64,000 bases of DNA from a virus, in the IMG/VR virus record IMGVR_UViG_3300045051_001056, positions 33,746 through 97,745 of that record; one strand, given 5' to 3'. A model generated the notes under the pieces. It was given only the letters and a program-made list of their open reading frames with translations. It did not search any database and was not told the origin of the DNA. The translations under genes were made by a program, and so were the position numbers. Below are positions 29,490-39,700 of the stretch, one piece after another. Position 1 is the stretch's first letter; the number at the start of each line of letters is the position of its first letter.

Positions 29490-29949
29490 ATCTATGCTAT
29501 ACATACTTCCACTAATAAGTGGATGGTCTCCGGACGCAGATTTGCCAATTAATTGTTTTGCTTTTTCTAATGTATCGGACGGCCTGGTTCTCCTATATCC
29601 AAAGGCCAGCCACGAAGAAGTTAAAGTGCATCCAAATTACATAAATAAGAAGGAATTAGAAAATTTCACATATTACGTATACAATATTGAAGAAAAATAT
29701 TTGGATGATTATCGATTATTATTAAAGGGCAAATTTAGTAAAATAAAAGAATCTACCAAAACGTTGATATTATCAAGAACGAGACGACAGGAGGATTATG
29801 ATAAAATAGATGAGATATTATACAAATCATCTTCTGCAAGGAAGAGGTACGAAAGAATGTTGGAAATACCTGACATTGATAATTTAGTTGACGAATACGA
29901 GAGTAAATTTGGAGAAGAAGAAATATTAATATTAGGAGAAAATGAGTGA
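29482..29949 (+). CDS. crAss-like hypothetical protein
   Basis: YLDDY.LLLKGKFSKI pattern. Confidence 0.65.
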   Translation: MNKSMLYILPLISGWSPDADLPINCFAFSNVSDGLVLLYPKASHEEVKVHPNYINKKELENFTYYVYNIEEKYLDDYRLLLKGKFSKIKESTKTLILSRTRRQEDYDKIDEILYKSSSARKRYERMLEIPDIDNLVDEYESKFGEEEILILGENE

Positions 29950-30262
29950 AATAAGCACGCCGAAGGCCCTCAGATTTAATGAGGGAAAATTAGACTGGAC
30001 ATTGTTAGACTTTGATTCGGTAGAGCCCTTGGTTAAAGCAATGACCTATGGGATGAAAAGATACAGTAGAGAAAATTGGAAATTGCCCTGCGATAATCCA
30101 AGACAACACTTACAGAGCGCAATTAGACACCTTCTTGCCATTGTCAAGGGAGAAGAAATTGACCCTGAGAGTGGAGAACGCCATAGTGGACATGTTATGG
30201 CTAATATGATGATGTATAATTTTCATACAAAAGATGTAAAAAATGAACATGCTGACTGTTGA
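29942..30262 (+). CDS. dATP/dGTP diphosphohydrolase domain protein (DUF5664)
   Basis: RFNEGKLDWTLL, YGMKRYSRENW, AIRHL, DPESGERHSGH. Confidence 0.85.
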   Translation: MSEISTPKALRFNEGKLDWTLLDFDSVEPLVKAMTYGMKRYSRENWKLPCDNPRQHLQSAIRHLLAIVKGEEIDPESGERHSGHVMANMMMYNFHTKDVKNEHADC

Positions 30263-30527
30263 TAAGATTCAAGTAGCAGTAAATACTGTATATTTGGGGT
30301 TTGATTGCCATTCTGGAATCAATATTAATAAATGTACTAGGGCACCTTCTTCTGGCAAACTGGCATTCTTAAAGGAAATAGCCTCGTTTCCAAATAGCAA
30401 TTCAGTTATTCTTAGTAAAGTCTCTGAAGCACTACACAGTATTCATGATGGCTCTAATAAGAATTACATAAGAATTATAACAAATGAAAATGGAATCTTC
30501 TTTTGTTTGTGCAAATGGGAGCCTTAA
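30243..30527 (+). CDS. hypothetical protein
   Basis: 94-aa ORF. Confidence 0.5.
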   Translation: MNMLTVDKIQVAVNTVYLGFDCHSGININKCTRAPSSGKLAFLKEIASFPNSNSVILSKVSEALHSIHDGSNKNYIRIITNENGIFFCLCKWEP

Positions 30528-30557
30528 ATAATTAATTATATTGAAATATTTTAATCT

Positions 30558-31016
30558 ATGAGTGGTATAACGTATTTAGCCGTTCCGTATACATGGAACC
30601 CAGAACGCTCTTTTGAAATTGCTAATAAGGTGTCATCATATTTTATGGCCGAAGGGAAGATTATTTTTTCCCCAGTTAGTCATTCGCATCACATTGCAGA
30701 TCATATGGCCGAACCACTTCGGCTATCTCAGGAATTCTGGATGAATCAAGATTTGCCAATCTTAAGAATATGCGACGAGATAATATTTGTTCTTATTAAT
30801 GCTCACGATGTTAGGTCTGGCGAAGAATTATTGGAAAAAAGTAAAGGATGCATGCGAGAACTTTCTGAAGCGATTCTAGAAAATAAATCCATCAAGATGT
30901 GCGAATATGTGGAGTTTGAGGATGGTTTTGCGGTCAATATATTAACCAATAATAAAAAAGAAAATGAAGAGATTTCTAGCACTCATCTCGACAGCCTCCT
31001 CGATGAATATCTCTGA
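30558..31016 (+). CDS. DUF1937 / nucleoside deoxyribosyltransferase-like protein
   Basis: YLAVPYT, FSPVSHSH, W...D..IL..CD, SKGCMRE. Confidence 0.75.
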   Translation: MSGITYLAVPYTWNPERSFEIANKVSSYFMAEGKIIFSPVSHSHHIADHMAEPLRLSQEFWMNQDLPILRICDEIIFVLINAHDVRSGEELLEKSKGCMRELSEAILENKSIKMCEYVEFEDGFAVNILTNNKKENEEISSTHLDSLLDEYL

Positions 31017-31087
31017 AAAGAAGAGACTTGTAGAGGTGGTAGAGTCTGATAGCGAATATTTTGCAATAGCCAAAATCAAAGAGAAAT

Positions 31088-31546
31088 ATGGTAGAGAATC
31101 TGAGATTAGACGAATTAGAGAGCTTGAGGAGCCAGGAATTTCAAGCGGAGAACCATCTATGTTTTATTGGGGGCAACATCCCATCTCTTAAAAATGGACG
31201 TGTTTTTAATTTTAAGATGAAAAGATTATTAGACAGTCCATCTGTTTCAAAATATAAAAAAACATTTGGATTTCAGTGGTCTAATAAAGAATTAATTGAT
31301 AGATTTAAAAATCATTGCAATAATAAACCTATTATAGTTGGATTTCATTTTATAAGAGACTCAGCTAGAAAATATGATTTCATAAATGCATTACAATTGC
31401 CATTAGATTTGATGAGAGATAATGGATGGATTATTGACGATAATATCAATGAAATTTTACCGATACCTTTATTGATCAACGGAAAATTTACCACTATTAA
31501 TAGGGAAAATGCGGGGGTAATTATTAAAATTTCAAACGATGAATGA
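31088..31546 (+). CDS. RusA-like Holliday junction resolvase
   Basis: GNIPSLKN, RKYDFINALQLPLDLM...WIIDDN. Confidence 0.7.
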   Translation: MVENLRLDELESLRSQEFQAENHLCFIGGNIPSLKNGRVFNFKMKRLLDSPSVSKYKKTFGFQWSNKELIDRFKNHCNNKPIIVGFHFIRDSARKYDFINALQLPLDLMRDNGWIIDDNINEILPIPLLINGKFTTINRENAGVIIKISNDE

Positions 31547-32318
31547 TGAAGTGTCCAATATATTAAGAGAAAGAGCTAAAATTGCCATAAATATAGACAA
31601 ATTAATAAATCATGGAAAGAAGAAACAGGAAAATCCTGGACAATTATCTTTATTTGATGCTGACAACTCCCTAGAATCCTTCCCAATATTAGATGAGCCA
31701 GAAAATTTTGATCCAATTAATATGATTAAGAAAGAAAAAGAGTTGTTAGGGTTCAATATATTGCATTCACTATTTGATGAATATGAATTAATTCGATGCA
31801 GATATTGTGATTCTACGTTTAACGAACTTATTACTAGCACAGAACCATTTGAGAATAAAACCATTTTGGCAGAAATTAGAGAAATTGAATATAAGAAAAG
31901 TAAAATGGGAAATCAATATGCCAAAGTTACATTTTCAGATAGAAATGTTGAAGAGAAGTTATATTTATTCGGGAAATTGTATAAAAATAATATTAGCAAA
32001 TGTCATCCGGGTGAGATATATTTGTTAACATTATCATCTGACTCTGAGGATGATATGAGAATTAGAATAGTAAATTTTCAGCCAGCAAGAGAAGTAAATG
32101 TTTTAAATGATTGTCATATCGCCTATATAAAAACAGATTTGAATAAGCTTTATGAGTTGAGAATGTATGTTAAATGTTACATGAAAGGCGACAAGCAATC
32201 TGTTGTTGTTAAGGTTGAAGATCTTGACAAAATAATATACTTGCCCGACAAAATTTCTGTTGATAATGAAAATATTCTTGAAATGAGAAAATTGGGATTT
32301 ATTATAAAATTGAGATGA
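31539..32318 (+). CDS. stand-alone DNA polymerase III alpha (DnaE) C-terminal region with clamp-binding motif and OB fold
   Basis: QLSLFD, EKELLGF..HSLFDEY, KSKMGNQYAKVTFSD...LYLFGKLY. Confidence 0.75.
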   Translation: MNDEVSNILRERAKIAINIDKLINHGKKKQENPGQLSLFDADNSLESFPILDEPENFDPINMIKKEKELLGFNILHSLFDEYELIRCRYCDSTFNELITSTEPFENKTILAEIREIEYKKSKMGNQYAKVTFSDRNVEEKLYLFGKLYKNNISKCHPGEIYLLTLSSDSEDDMRIRIVNFQPAREVNVLNDCHIAYIKTDLNKLYELRMYVKCYMKGDKQSVVVKVEDLDKIIYLPDKISVDNENILEMRKLGFIIKLR

Positions 32319-32321
32319 AGA

Positions 32322-32564
32322 ATGAAACAAAATAATACAGTATCTTCTCGCACAGTGGCGAGAAATATTTTGGCAAAAGACTATGCATTATGTCTAAGTA
32401 GAGACACCTTTTATCGCTGTGTTTGTGATTATAATACGAAGGGACGGGGATTGAAAAACTTCGCAGAAGTTGTTGACAAGATGATTTCCGATAAAAAGGA
32501 AATGGAAATGTTTTTCTCATATGTTAAACAAAATACTAATAGGTTATTTGCGAAGAGGTTTTAA
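32322..32564 (+). CDS. hypothetical protein
   Basis: Last + strand ORF before the convergent terminator. Confidence 0.6.
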   Translation: MKQNNTVSSRTVARNILAKDYALCLSRDTFYRCVCDYNTKGRGLKNFAEVVDKMISDKKEMEMFFSYVKQNTNRLFAKRF

Positions 32565-32572
32565 TGATATTA

Positions 32573-32600
32573 AAAGAGGGGAGAATATTCTCCCCTCTTT
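32573..32600. terminator. bidirectional terminator (perfect 28-bp palindrome)
   Basis: AAAGAGGGGAGAAT|ATTCTCCCCTCTTT between two convergent stop codons. Confidence 0.9.
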
Positions 32601-32601
32601 A

Positions 32602-35600
32602 TTATTGTACATTCCTCAATAATGGCCTATCCATATTATATTGAATTTTGTGATAGACATTTAATATCGGAAATTGTTTATTGAATTTTTCCAGCAATTT
32701 CTCCTCGTCATAATAATCATCGCCTGCCAAATATCTTTCACTAGCATATATAAACCTAGAAAAATCCATATATATCGATAGTGTTGGTATTGGATTGTTT
32801 ATCATTTGTGCTAATGTTCCTGGGTTGCTATAAAAAGATATGTCACTCATAATCCTATTGAGCATATTCATAGATGCGTATAAAAATCCTTTATCATCAT
32901 CGTCTCCAGCCACAATTGATGCGAGAAGTAAGTATGCTCCATATAATGTTGCCATGTAATAGATTTCATGAAATGTTTTTCTTACATTAGCAATCACCAT
33001 CGCCTTATCGATTGCGCTCATTTTTCTATTTGAAAATGCGTCTTCACCTTGAAATGCCATGAGTTTGAACATTGTTGCAAATCCATCAAGTATTCCATTG
33101 TCTTTAAAGAATTTAAAAGTAGTAACATATCTTCCCTCTTCAGTTCTTTCAAGAATCTCGTCATATCTCTTAGAGTCAAATCTATTGGCTATTCCTTCCG
33201 CCATCCAGGATAGCCTATATTGAGCTAAGAGCCTACCAATTAAATGTCTTTTAATCTCTGGAGTAGTGTCGGCATCCATATTTCCATGCAATGCTCTATT
33301 AATCTTCTTGACCTTATTTGAAAATTTGTAGAATTCTTTATTCTCCATATCATTGCCAACATCTCCATTCCAGTCTTTATTTTCCCCAAATTCCGCAGTG
33401 TTCCACTCTCCATCATCATTAAAGGCTTCGTAAAGAGATCTTTCCTTTCCAGATGAGTCTTGTATCTTTATATGTCTCATCATGGCCAATAATGTTGCCA
33501 CACGGTTTATGTATTCAGAGCTAGACATGAATCCCATTGGACCGAATAAATTTAGGTCATAAGATTTATTCTTTAATACCGCTTCCGACACGTCTATTGT
33601 TACGCCAAATTTTTGGGCCATATTATAGGCCTTATTTTTATGTAAAGAACTTGGTCTTATAGATTTTAAAGATGAGTGCATTGCTTCTAATATAGAAGCT
33701 CTAGCTTCTGTGGGATTAAAGTCTAATCTGGCAGTTGCATGATTCAATATTGATATATTTCCAAATCCTAAGTTTCCAACACCTGGGAATATGTTATACC
33801 AAAAAGCTTTCATATAAGACATTTTAATGCCAATATCTGCAGCTTTTGCTATGTCAACATTTCTGCCCAGAACTTTCATTGCACTTTCATACATGGATGA
33901 CAGAGACTTATATTCAGACTCAGTTATTTTCTTATCGTCCAGATCCTGTTCAAGTTGATTCATCCTATCTTCTAAATCTTTGTAGGCATCCTTTTCTGTA
34001 ACTATAATTACTTGATTAGGGTACTTCTTTAATATTGCCTCCGATGCTTCTTCTATCCCAAGGGAGGTGGACATCTTATTGAAATCTTCAATTATTTTAA
34101 CTGTGTTTGGAGTGCTTCCAATCACCTTAATCATATTCTTCTTTTTATCAAAGAATTTTATCTTTGTGTGCGTCCAGGTTTCATCGTCATATTTGTTTCC
34201 ATAAATATTGGCATCAATAGTGTGCTGTAACATTTTAGATGCATTAATTAGTCCTCTATCAACTAATTTTGGTCCAAGACTATCTGTTATTGGAGTTCCA
34301 TCCGAATTTTTCAAAACAGCTTTGGCCTCTTTGATAAAATGATTTCCAAGAAGAACCATTCCCTCAGTGTTAGACATGTGCTTATAGGTTAATGCCATCT
34401 CAGTAAATTTATACATTATATCCTCGAGATTTTTGCTTCTGTCAGCCATATCTATGGACCTCATGTATTTTACGGGAATGCTCCTAACTGGATTTCCGAA
34501 TTCATCAACTTCTACCCTAATCTCCTCATCGCTAGCAGGCGTTGTTGCTGAATTTATTAAATTTTGACCCAATCCAGAAAAAAACCCTTTCAAACCTCTT
34601 CGCGATACTCGATTCCATACCGTGTCCCTAACTGCTGGGATGAAATTTGGGGCCAGACCTTTCTTTGAATACGAGGGAAGATATGATAACATTTCTTCCA
34701 TAAGATTTATGTACTCATAATAAAATTTCTTAGCTAACGGATTCTCAAGTATTGATTTTTTAAATTCTGAATTATAATATCTAGTTGAATCTCCATTAGA
34801 AAATTTTGATAGAGGGATTTGCGTTATGTAATTATCTATAAATTGGAATATCCTTATATCTCTTCCGATATCATCTTTTTTTATGTATTTAATATATGCA
34901 ATTGGACTATTATTCCTCTCGTATGCATCTATTTTGGCCACTAATGCTGTATCAGAATCTATCTCCCCAGAATCTTTTTGTCTCTGGAACTCTTCCTTTT
35001 TATAGGAAAAATTCTTTTTAAAGGTTTCATATTTTAAGATAGCATCGTTAATTCTATCTTCTGCATATTCTGGGTCTCCAGTAATGCTAATAATTTTTTT
35101 CTTAACCTTCTCCCTGCCTTCTTCTGTAAAAATTTCTTCTGGATTAATGGTATATGTTCTATTTCTTAGCCAAGTATTCTTTTCTACCACAGCCTCTTGC
35201 TGCCTGGCTATTCTTTTTGCAGCATCTTTAATGCGAACAGAATCATCTATATTCTTGTAAAACTTAGACTCCATTTCTGATTTATCTGTATGGAAATTTG
35301 ATGAGATTCTTCCTATTAGATTTCCTGTGTAATTTCCATCATCATCTTTTTCCCAAAAAATATCTGGGTTTATCTTGCCTCTGATATCGTCAAATAATCC
35401 CCTAACCCTTTTTCTGATTTTGTTTACCTCTAATTGCGTTCTAGAGTTGGCCCTCTTAATAAATCCATCCACTGCACTAAGGATTTTTATTCTAGTGTCA
35501 GCTATTGTCATTGTTTTCCTTCTTATGATGTCTATGTCCTCAGCCTTTTCCAGATCATCCTGTTTCATGTTCTTAACAAAAGATTGACTTTCTTTCAGAA

Positions 35601-36732
35601 ACATATCACCAGCTTTAGTTCTTAGTTTGATTACCAAATCATCGCTTGCCCCTTGCTCTATCTCATGCAATGCTTGCTGTATCTCATCATGTATTAATGT
35701 TCCCTGATTGAGCAGAGATTGTGATACATTTTTCCACATAGTCATAGAATCCATGGCCGTAACCATGTCATCGGCGCTGGCATCTTTGGCATTGGCTATT
35801 CTTAATGCGAATTTTTTGTGAGAATCAAATAGTCTCCTTAGATTGTCAATAGTAAAATTTCTTCCATCAGATGTAAACATATCGTTAACATCATTAAGTA
35901 GTGATTTTTGTTCGACAATCATGTCTTGTTTTTTTTCCCTAATCCTATCGATTCTTCGCACTAAATCTTCTATCCTTTCATCGTTAGGTTGAACTATTTT
36001 CCTCAATTCCTGCAATTCCCTTTTCAGCGTATCTTCATTTGTTTGAAGCTTCCCAATCAAAGAATTAATGGATTTGATTTTTATTTGTGCCTGCCTTAGT
36101 ATTAATGGAATACCGCTATGCAAGCCTTTAATATCCTTAGGATTGATATTTTGATATATCTCAATAAAGTCAACATCTTCGTCCAATATTGGGAGTTCCT
36201 GCATTTCATCTCTTGTGACGGGTATATCATTTATATGATTTGATACATCTTCTCCAAAGCCAATTTCAGTATTTTCAAATGCATTTGAAATGGATGCTTC
36301 ATCATACATACTCTGCTCACCTTCATTTGATATGGAGTATAAGTATGTTTCATCAAATTCACCATCTTCCATTGGAGGCTGATCGATTCCTGGGCTAGCA
36401 TATACTTCATCATTAACAGAATTTCCCCAATCAATATTGAATTTAGTGTTATACTTCTTGCCGGTGGTGAGATTTACCTTATCTGGAGTTGTCCATTTGC
36501 CCTTATCAAGCACTAGCACGCCATGGTTTGAATCATTTTCTAGGTTATAATTATTGATACTCTTCTGATAATCAATAATTTCTTTACTAGTCTTAATTCC
36601 ATCACTCACATTCAATTCTTCTAAAAGTGTAGCATTCTCCTTTAGGTACATGGTGATACCAGCATCAGTTCCATATCTCTTGATATATTTTTGAAGCTTT
36701 TCGTCCTGTATGTTTTCTATTCTACACGCCAT
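32602..36732 (-). CDS. giant virion/ejected protein (1376 aa)
   Basis: Adjacent to vRNAP; helical, with a C-terminal hydrophobic segment; HGNMD...GRLLAQYR.W...RF...EGRY pattern of crAss-like giant proteins. Confidence 0.75.
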   Translation of the reverse strand: MACRIENIQDEKLQKYIKRYGTDAGITMYLKENATLLEELNVSDGIKTSKEIIDYQKSINNYNLENDSNHGVLVLDKGKWTTPDKVNLTTGKKYNTKFNIDWGNSVNDEVYASPGIDQPPMEDGEFDETYLYSISNEGEQSMYDEASISNAFENTEIGFGEDVSNHINDIPVTRDEMQELPILDEDVDFIEIYQNINPKDIKGLHSGIPLILRQAQIKIKSINSLIGKLQTNEDTLKRELQELRKIVQPNDERIEDLVRRIDRIREKKQDMIVEQKSLLNDVNDMFTSDGRNFTIDNLRRLFDSHKKFALRIANAKDASADDMVTAMDSMTMWKNVSQSLLNQGTLIHDEIQQALHEIEQGASDDLVIKLRTKAGDMFLKESQSFVKNMKQDDLEKAEDIDIIRRKTMTIADTRIKILSAVDGFIKRANSRTQLEVNKIRKRVRGLFDDIRGKINPDIFWEKDDDGNYTGNLIGRISSNFHTDKSEMESKFYKNIDDSVRIKDAAKRIARQQEAVVEKNTWLRNRTYTINPEEIFTEEGREKVKKKIISITGDPEYAEDRINDAILKYETFKKNFSYKKEEFQRQKDSGEIDSDTALVAKIDAYERNNSPIAYIKYIKKDDIGRDIRIFQFIDNYITQIPLSKFSNGDSTRYYNSEFKKSILENPLAKKFYYEYINLMEEMLSYLPSYSKKGLAPNFIPAVRDTVWNRVSRRGLKGFFSGLGQNLINSATTPASDEEIRVEVDEFGNPVRSIPVKYMRSIDMADRSKNLEDIMYKFTEMALTYKHMSNTEGMVLLGNHFIKEAKAVLKNSDGTPITDSLGPKLVDRGLINASKMLQHTIDANIYGNKYDDETWTHTKIKFFDKKKNMIKVIGSTPNTVKIIEDFNKMSTSLGIEEASEAILKKYPNQVIIVTEKDAYKDLEDRMNQLEQDLDDKKITESEYKSLSSMYESAMKVLGRNVDIAKAADIGIKMSYMKAFWYNIFPGVGNLGFGNISILNHATARLDFNPTEARASILEAMHSSLKSIRPSSLHKNKAYNMAQKFGVTIDVSEAVLKNKSYDLNLFGPMGFMSSSEYINRVATLLAMMRHIKIQDSSGKERSLYEAFNDDGEWNTAEFGENKDWNGDVGNDMENKEFYKFSNKVKKINRALHGNMDADTTPEIKRHLIGRLLAQYRLSWMAEGIANRFDSKRYDEILERTEEGRYVTTFKFFKDNGILDGFATMFKLMAFQGEDAFSNRKMSAIDKAMVIANVRKTFHEIYYMATLYGAYLLLASIVAGDDDDKGFLYASMNMLNRIMSDISFYSNPGTLAQMINNPIPTLSIYMDFSRFIYASERYLAGDDYYDEEKLLEKFNKQFPILNVYHKIQYNMDRPLLRNVQ

Positions 36733-39700
36733 TATTCACATTTTGTTTTGAAAATTCCACGCTCAACAGCATCTCTGAATGCAAATCTAACATTTTTTTC
36801 TGAATTACGCAAATACTCCACCACGGTAGAGCCTAATTGAGCCATTGTGCCACCATTTGCTATTATATTTGCAGTATGTAATGTCCTTGGAACATCCGAT
36901 GTAATTATTACTGAGGCGTTAGATAGTTTCTTGCCAAGCTCCTTGGCCTTATTTATTCCATTTTGAGTGAGCCTAGTCTGTTCTGATCTAAAATTGCCAG
37001 AGACATTATCCTCAGTTTCACCATGGCGCACAATATTAATAATGCCATTTCTACTTTTGATTTGGAAGGTGTCGCCGGGGCTGCTTTCCATTTTGGTATA
37101 TCTTGTTCTGAAATTATTGTCAAGATTCTGCGGCCTGCCTAAGGTATTCCATAATCTCATCAATCCAAATGCACTATTATGAGTTATTATAACCGCATTA
37201 TCTGGGGCTGATTCGATTAATTTATTTAAAGCTGATAATACATTGGTACTAAAATTGGTAAAGGATTCCCCATTAGCTATTGGCATATCTGGGTTGTTTA
37301 TAATTATATCGTCCACCATTGCTACGGCCTCCTTAGACTGTTTCGTACCAACCAAATCCTTTAAATCCAATGTTCTAAAATTGGGCTCAACAAGTATTTG
37401 TGGCTTCTGAAATTCTATTCCAATAGATGCTTTGTCGGGATTGTCTCTCCTGAATTGTTCTAACGATCTAAAGTAAGATGCTTCATCGCCCTGAAAATCT
37501 TCTAACTTCGGTAATTCTGTCATTTTTTTGGGTATTTTCTTCGCTCTCGGCAGAGCAACGTTGCTTTCTTTCCACTTCATCTCAAATTCTAATTGTTCTG
37601 AATGCGACATAGGTTTGGTGGTGGTTTCCATAGGTTTTAAGACTTCAAATTCTATAGCCGCTGCACCATCTTTAAATCTTTTTATATTATCTATTCCCTC
37701 CTGCGTCCATCCTTCTTTATACCATGTGCTTAGATACTCGGGGGTTCCCTTAGGATAAATTGCAGTTATTTTTGTTTGAACTTTCTTAATAGTCCCATCG
37801 GCAGATATTCCAGACTGAGTGATAATATCCCCCACTCTAATGTTATACTTTTGCATTTCTCCAACACTTCTCGTGGTTCTGGTCCTCAATCCAGCCTCTA
37901 TCATATCAATAGAATGGGGATTTGGTCCCAATAGTTTTTTAGATTCTGAATTTGCCACCTGAATTGTTCCAAATGACAATTTGCCAGATACAAGATTTTG
38001 GGGAATACTAACTACTGGAACAGAAACATCTTTTCTTTGTGGAATTTCCTTAACCTTATCAACCAGCGTCATCATATTTATAAACGCAGCCTCGTAAACG
38101 CTGTTTTTAGACGATTTCTGACCATTTTCGTTTTTAAAGGTTATAGAGTTTAACTTTGTGAATAACTTCGCAAATGACTCTAAAAATGCCCTTAAAACGT
38201 TTTTACCCTTTGTTATGCCAATTTTCTTTGCAGTTTCGGGTGAAATTTGAACCTGCTTCATCTGTGTCTGAAATTTTGGTCTTGACATAAGATTTGCCAC
38301 AAATTCTTCTGGAGAATTAAAGCTGTACATAGTTAACTTTAATTCATTTCTACTATCCGTATCATCTGGATAGAAATGTTGTGCAATTGAATCTATGTGC
38401 TCATCGTGAGATATAGCTGTTAGAATATATGTCCAGTCAGCATTAAGGGTTTTCCCTGTTACTATACTTATTACCGGAACATTATCCATAGAGTTCGCCG
38501 CATCCCTATATAACGCATCAACCGTATCAGAGATTTTCTTAAATGTTTTATTACCATTCTTGCCAAGAGAATAAGCCTCCGCCATCATAGCGTGATTTAA
38601 TTCGTGGGCAATAGTTTCGTGTGCATACTCTATACCATATTTATCGATAACTTCTGACATCTGTTTCTTGTAGATGCATATCTGACGTTTTTCTAGTTCA
38701 TATACGGCAACCCTACCCTCTGGGTCATTTGGTTCATAAACCATTTTGACATTATTCATATAGTCGCCCATAGACTCAGCCAATGCACCACTCCAGGCAA
38801 CGTTCGTATTCTCAGAGTTTGAGAAGAAGCTTTTTAGGTCTTTCACATACGAATTGTGTGGAATGTCTGACATAAGTTGGTCTGACGAAAAGCCAGAGTC
38901 AACCGCCGTTTCTGAACCGAGTGGTCTAATATCCTTTAATAATTTGGGAGTAACCCTTTCGCCATAACTACCAGAGTAATCTGAGAACGAAGGTGTTCCC
39001 CTTCTATTGATAGAGGCGCTACCCCTAGTAGGGATTTCGTCATATCTAGCAAATCCGTCAACCAAGGCTTCAGGGTTAAATTTGTACAATTTTATGTCGC
39101 CACCAACATATGATGATATATAGTTTTTGTATGACGGTTCTCCAGAATCATCAATAGTTATTATTCTTCCCAGAAATTCTCTATCCACGTTGTCGAACGA
39201 TTTAGAAGATGTGTCCACATTTATTCTAACGTAAGACTCCTTAGACTCCTTATCCTTAAATAATTTTCTATTAATTTTTGATATAATAGAAGCCTCTTCC
39301 GGATTATTCTGAAAATATTTCTCAACAAACTCAGCACTTCTATCCACGGAGATATCATCACCTTTCAATAGCATTGACACTTGGTCATTTACGCCCATCT
39401 TATCGAGAATATCGGCGTCCATATACTTGAGAGAACTAGTCATTTTTTGAAGTCCACCCATTAAGTATTCGTATTTAACCATATCCTCTGCAAATTTTCT
39501 ATACTCTGGATTATCGCTGGTGGCTAATTCATAAAATCCTAATGTCAAATTTTCCGCAGCAGAACTATCAGATATCCTAGCCTCCATGGTTACGAATCTG
39601 AGTTGTTCATCAGATTGCAATGTCTGAATAAATAAGTTGTTTGATAAAGCTCTTTCTTTCTTAAGCCTAATGAGATCGTTGGCCAACTGATGGTTATCGA

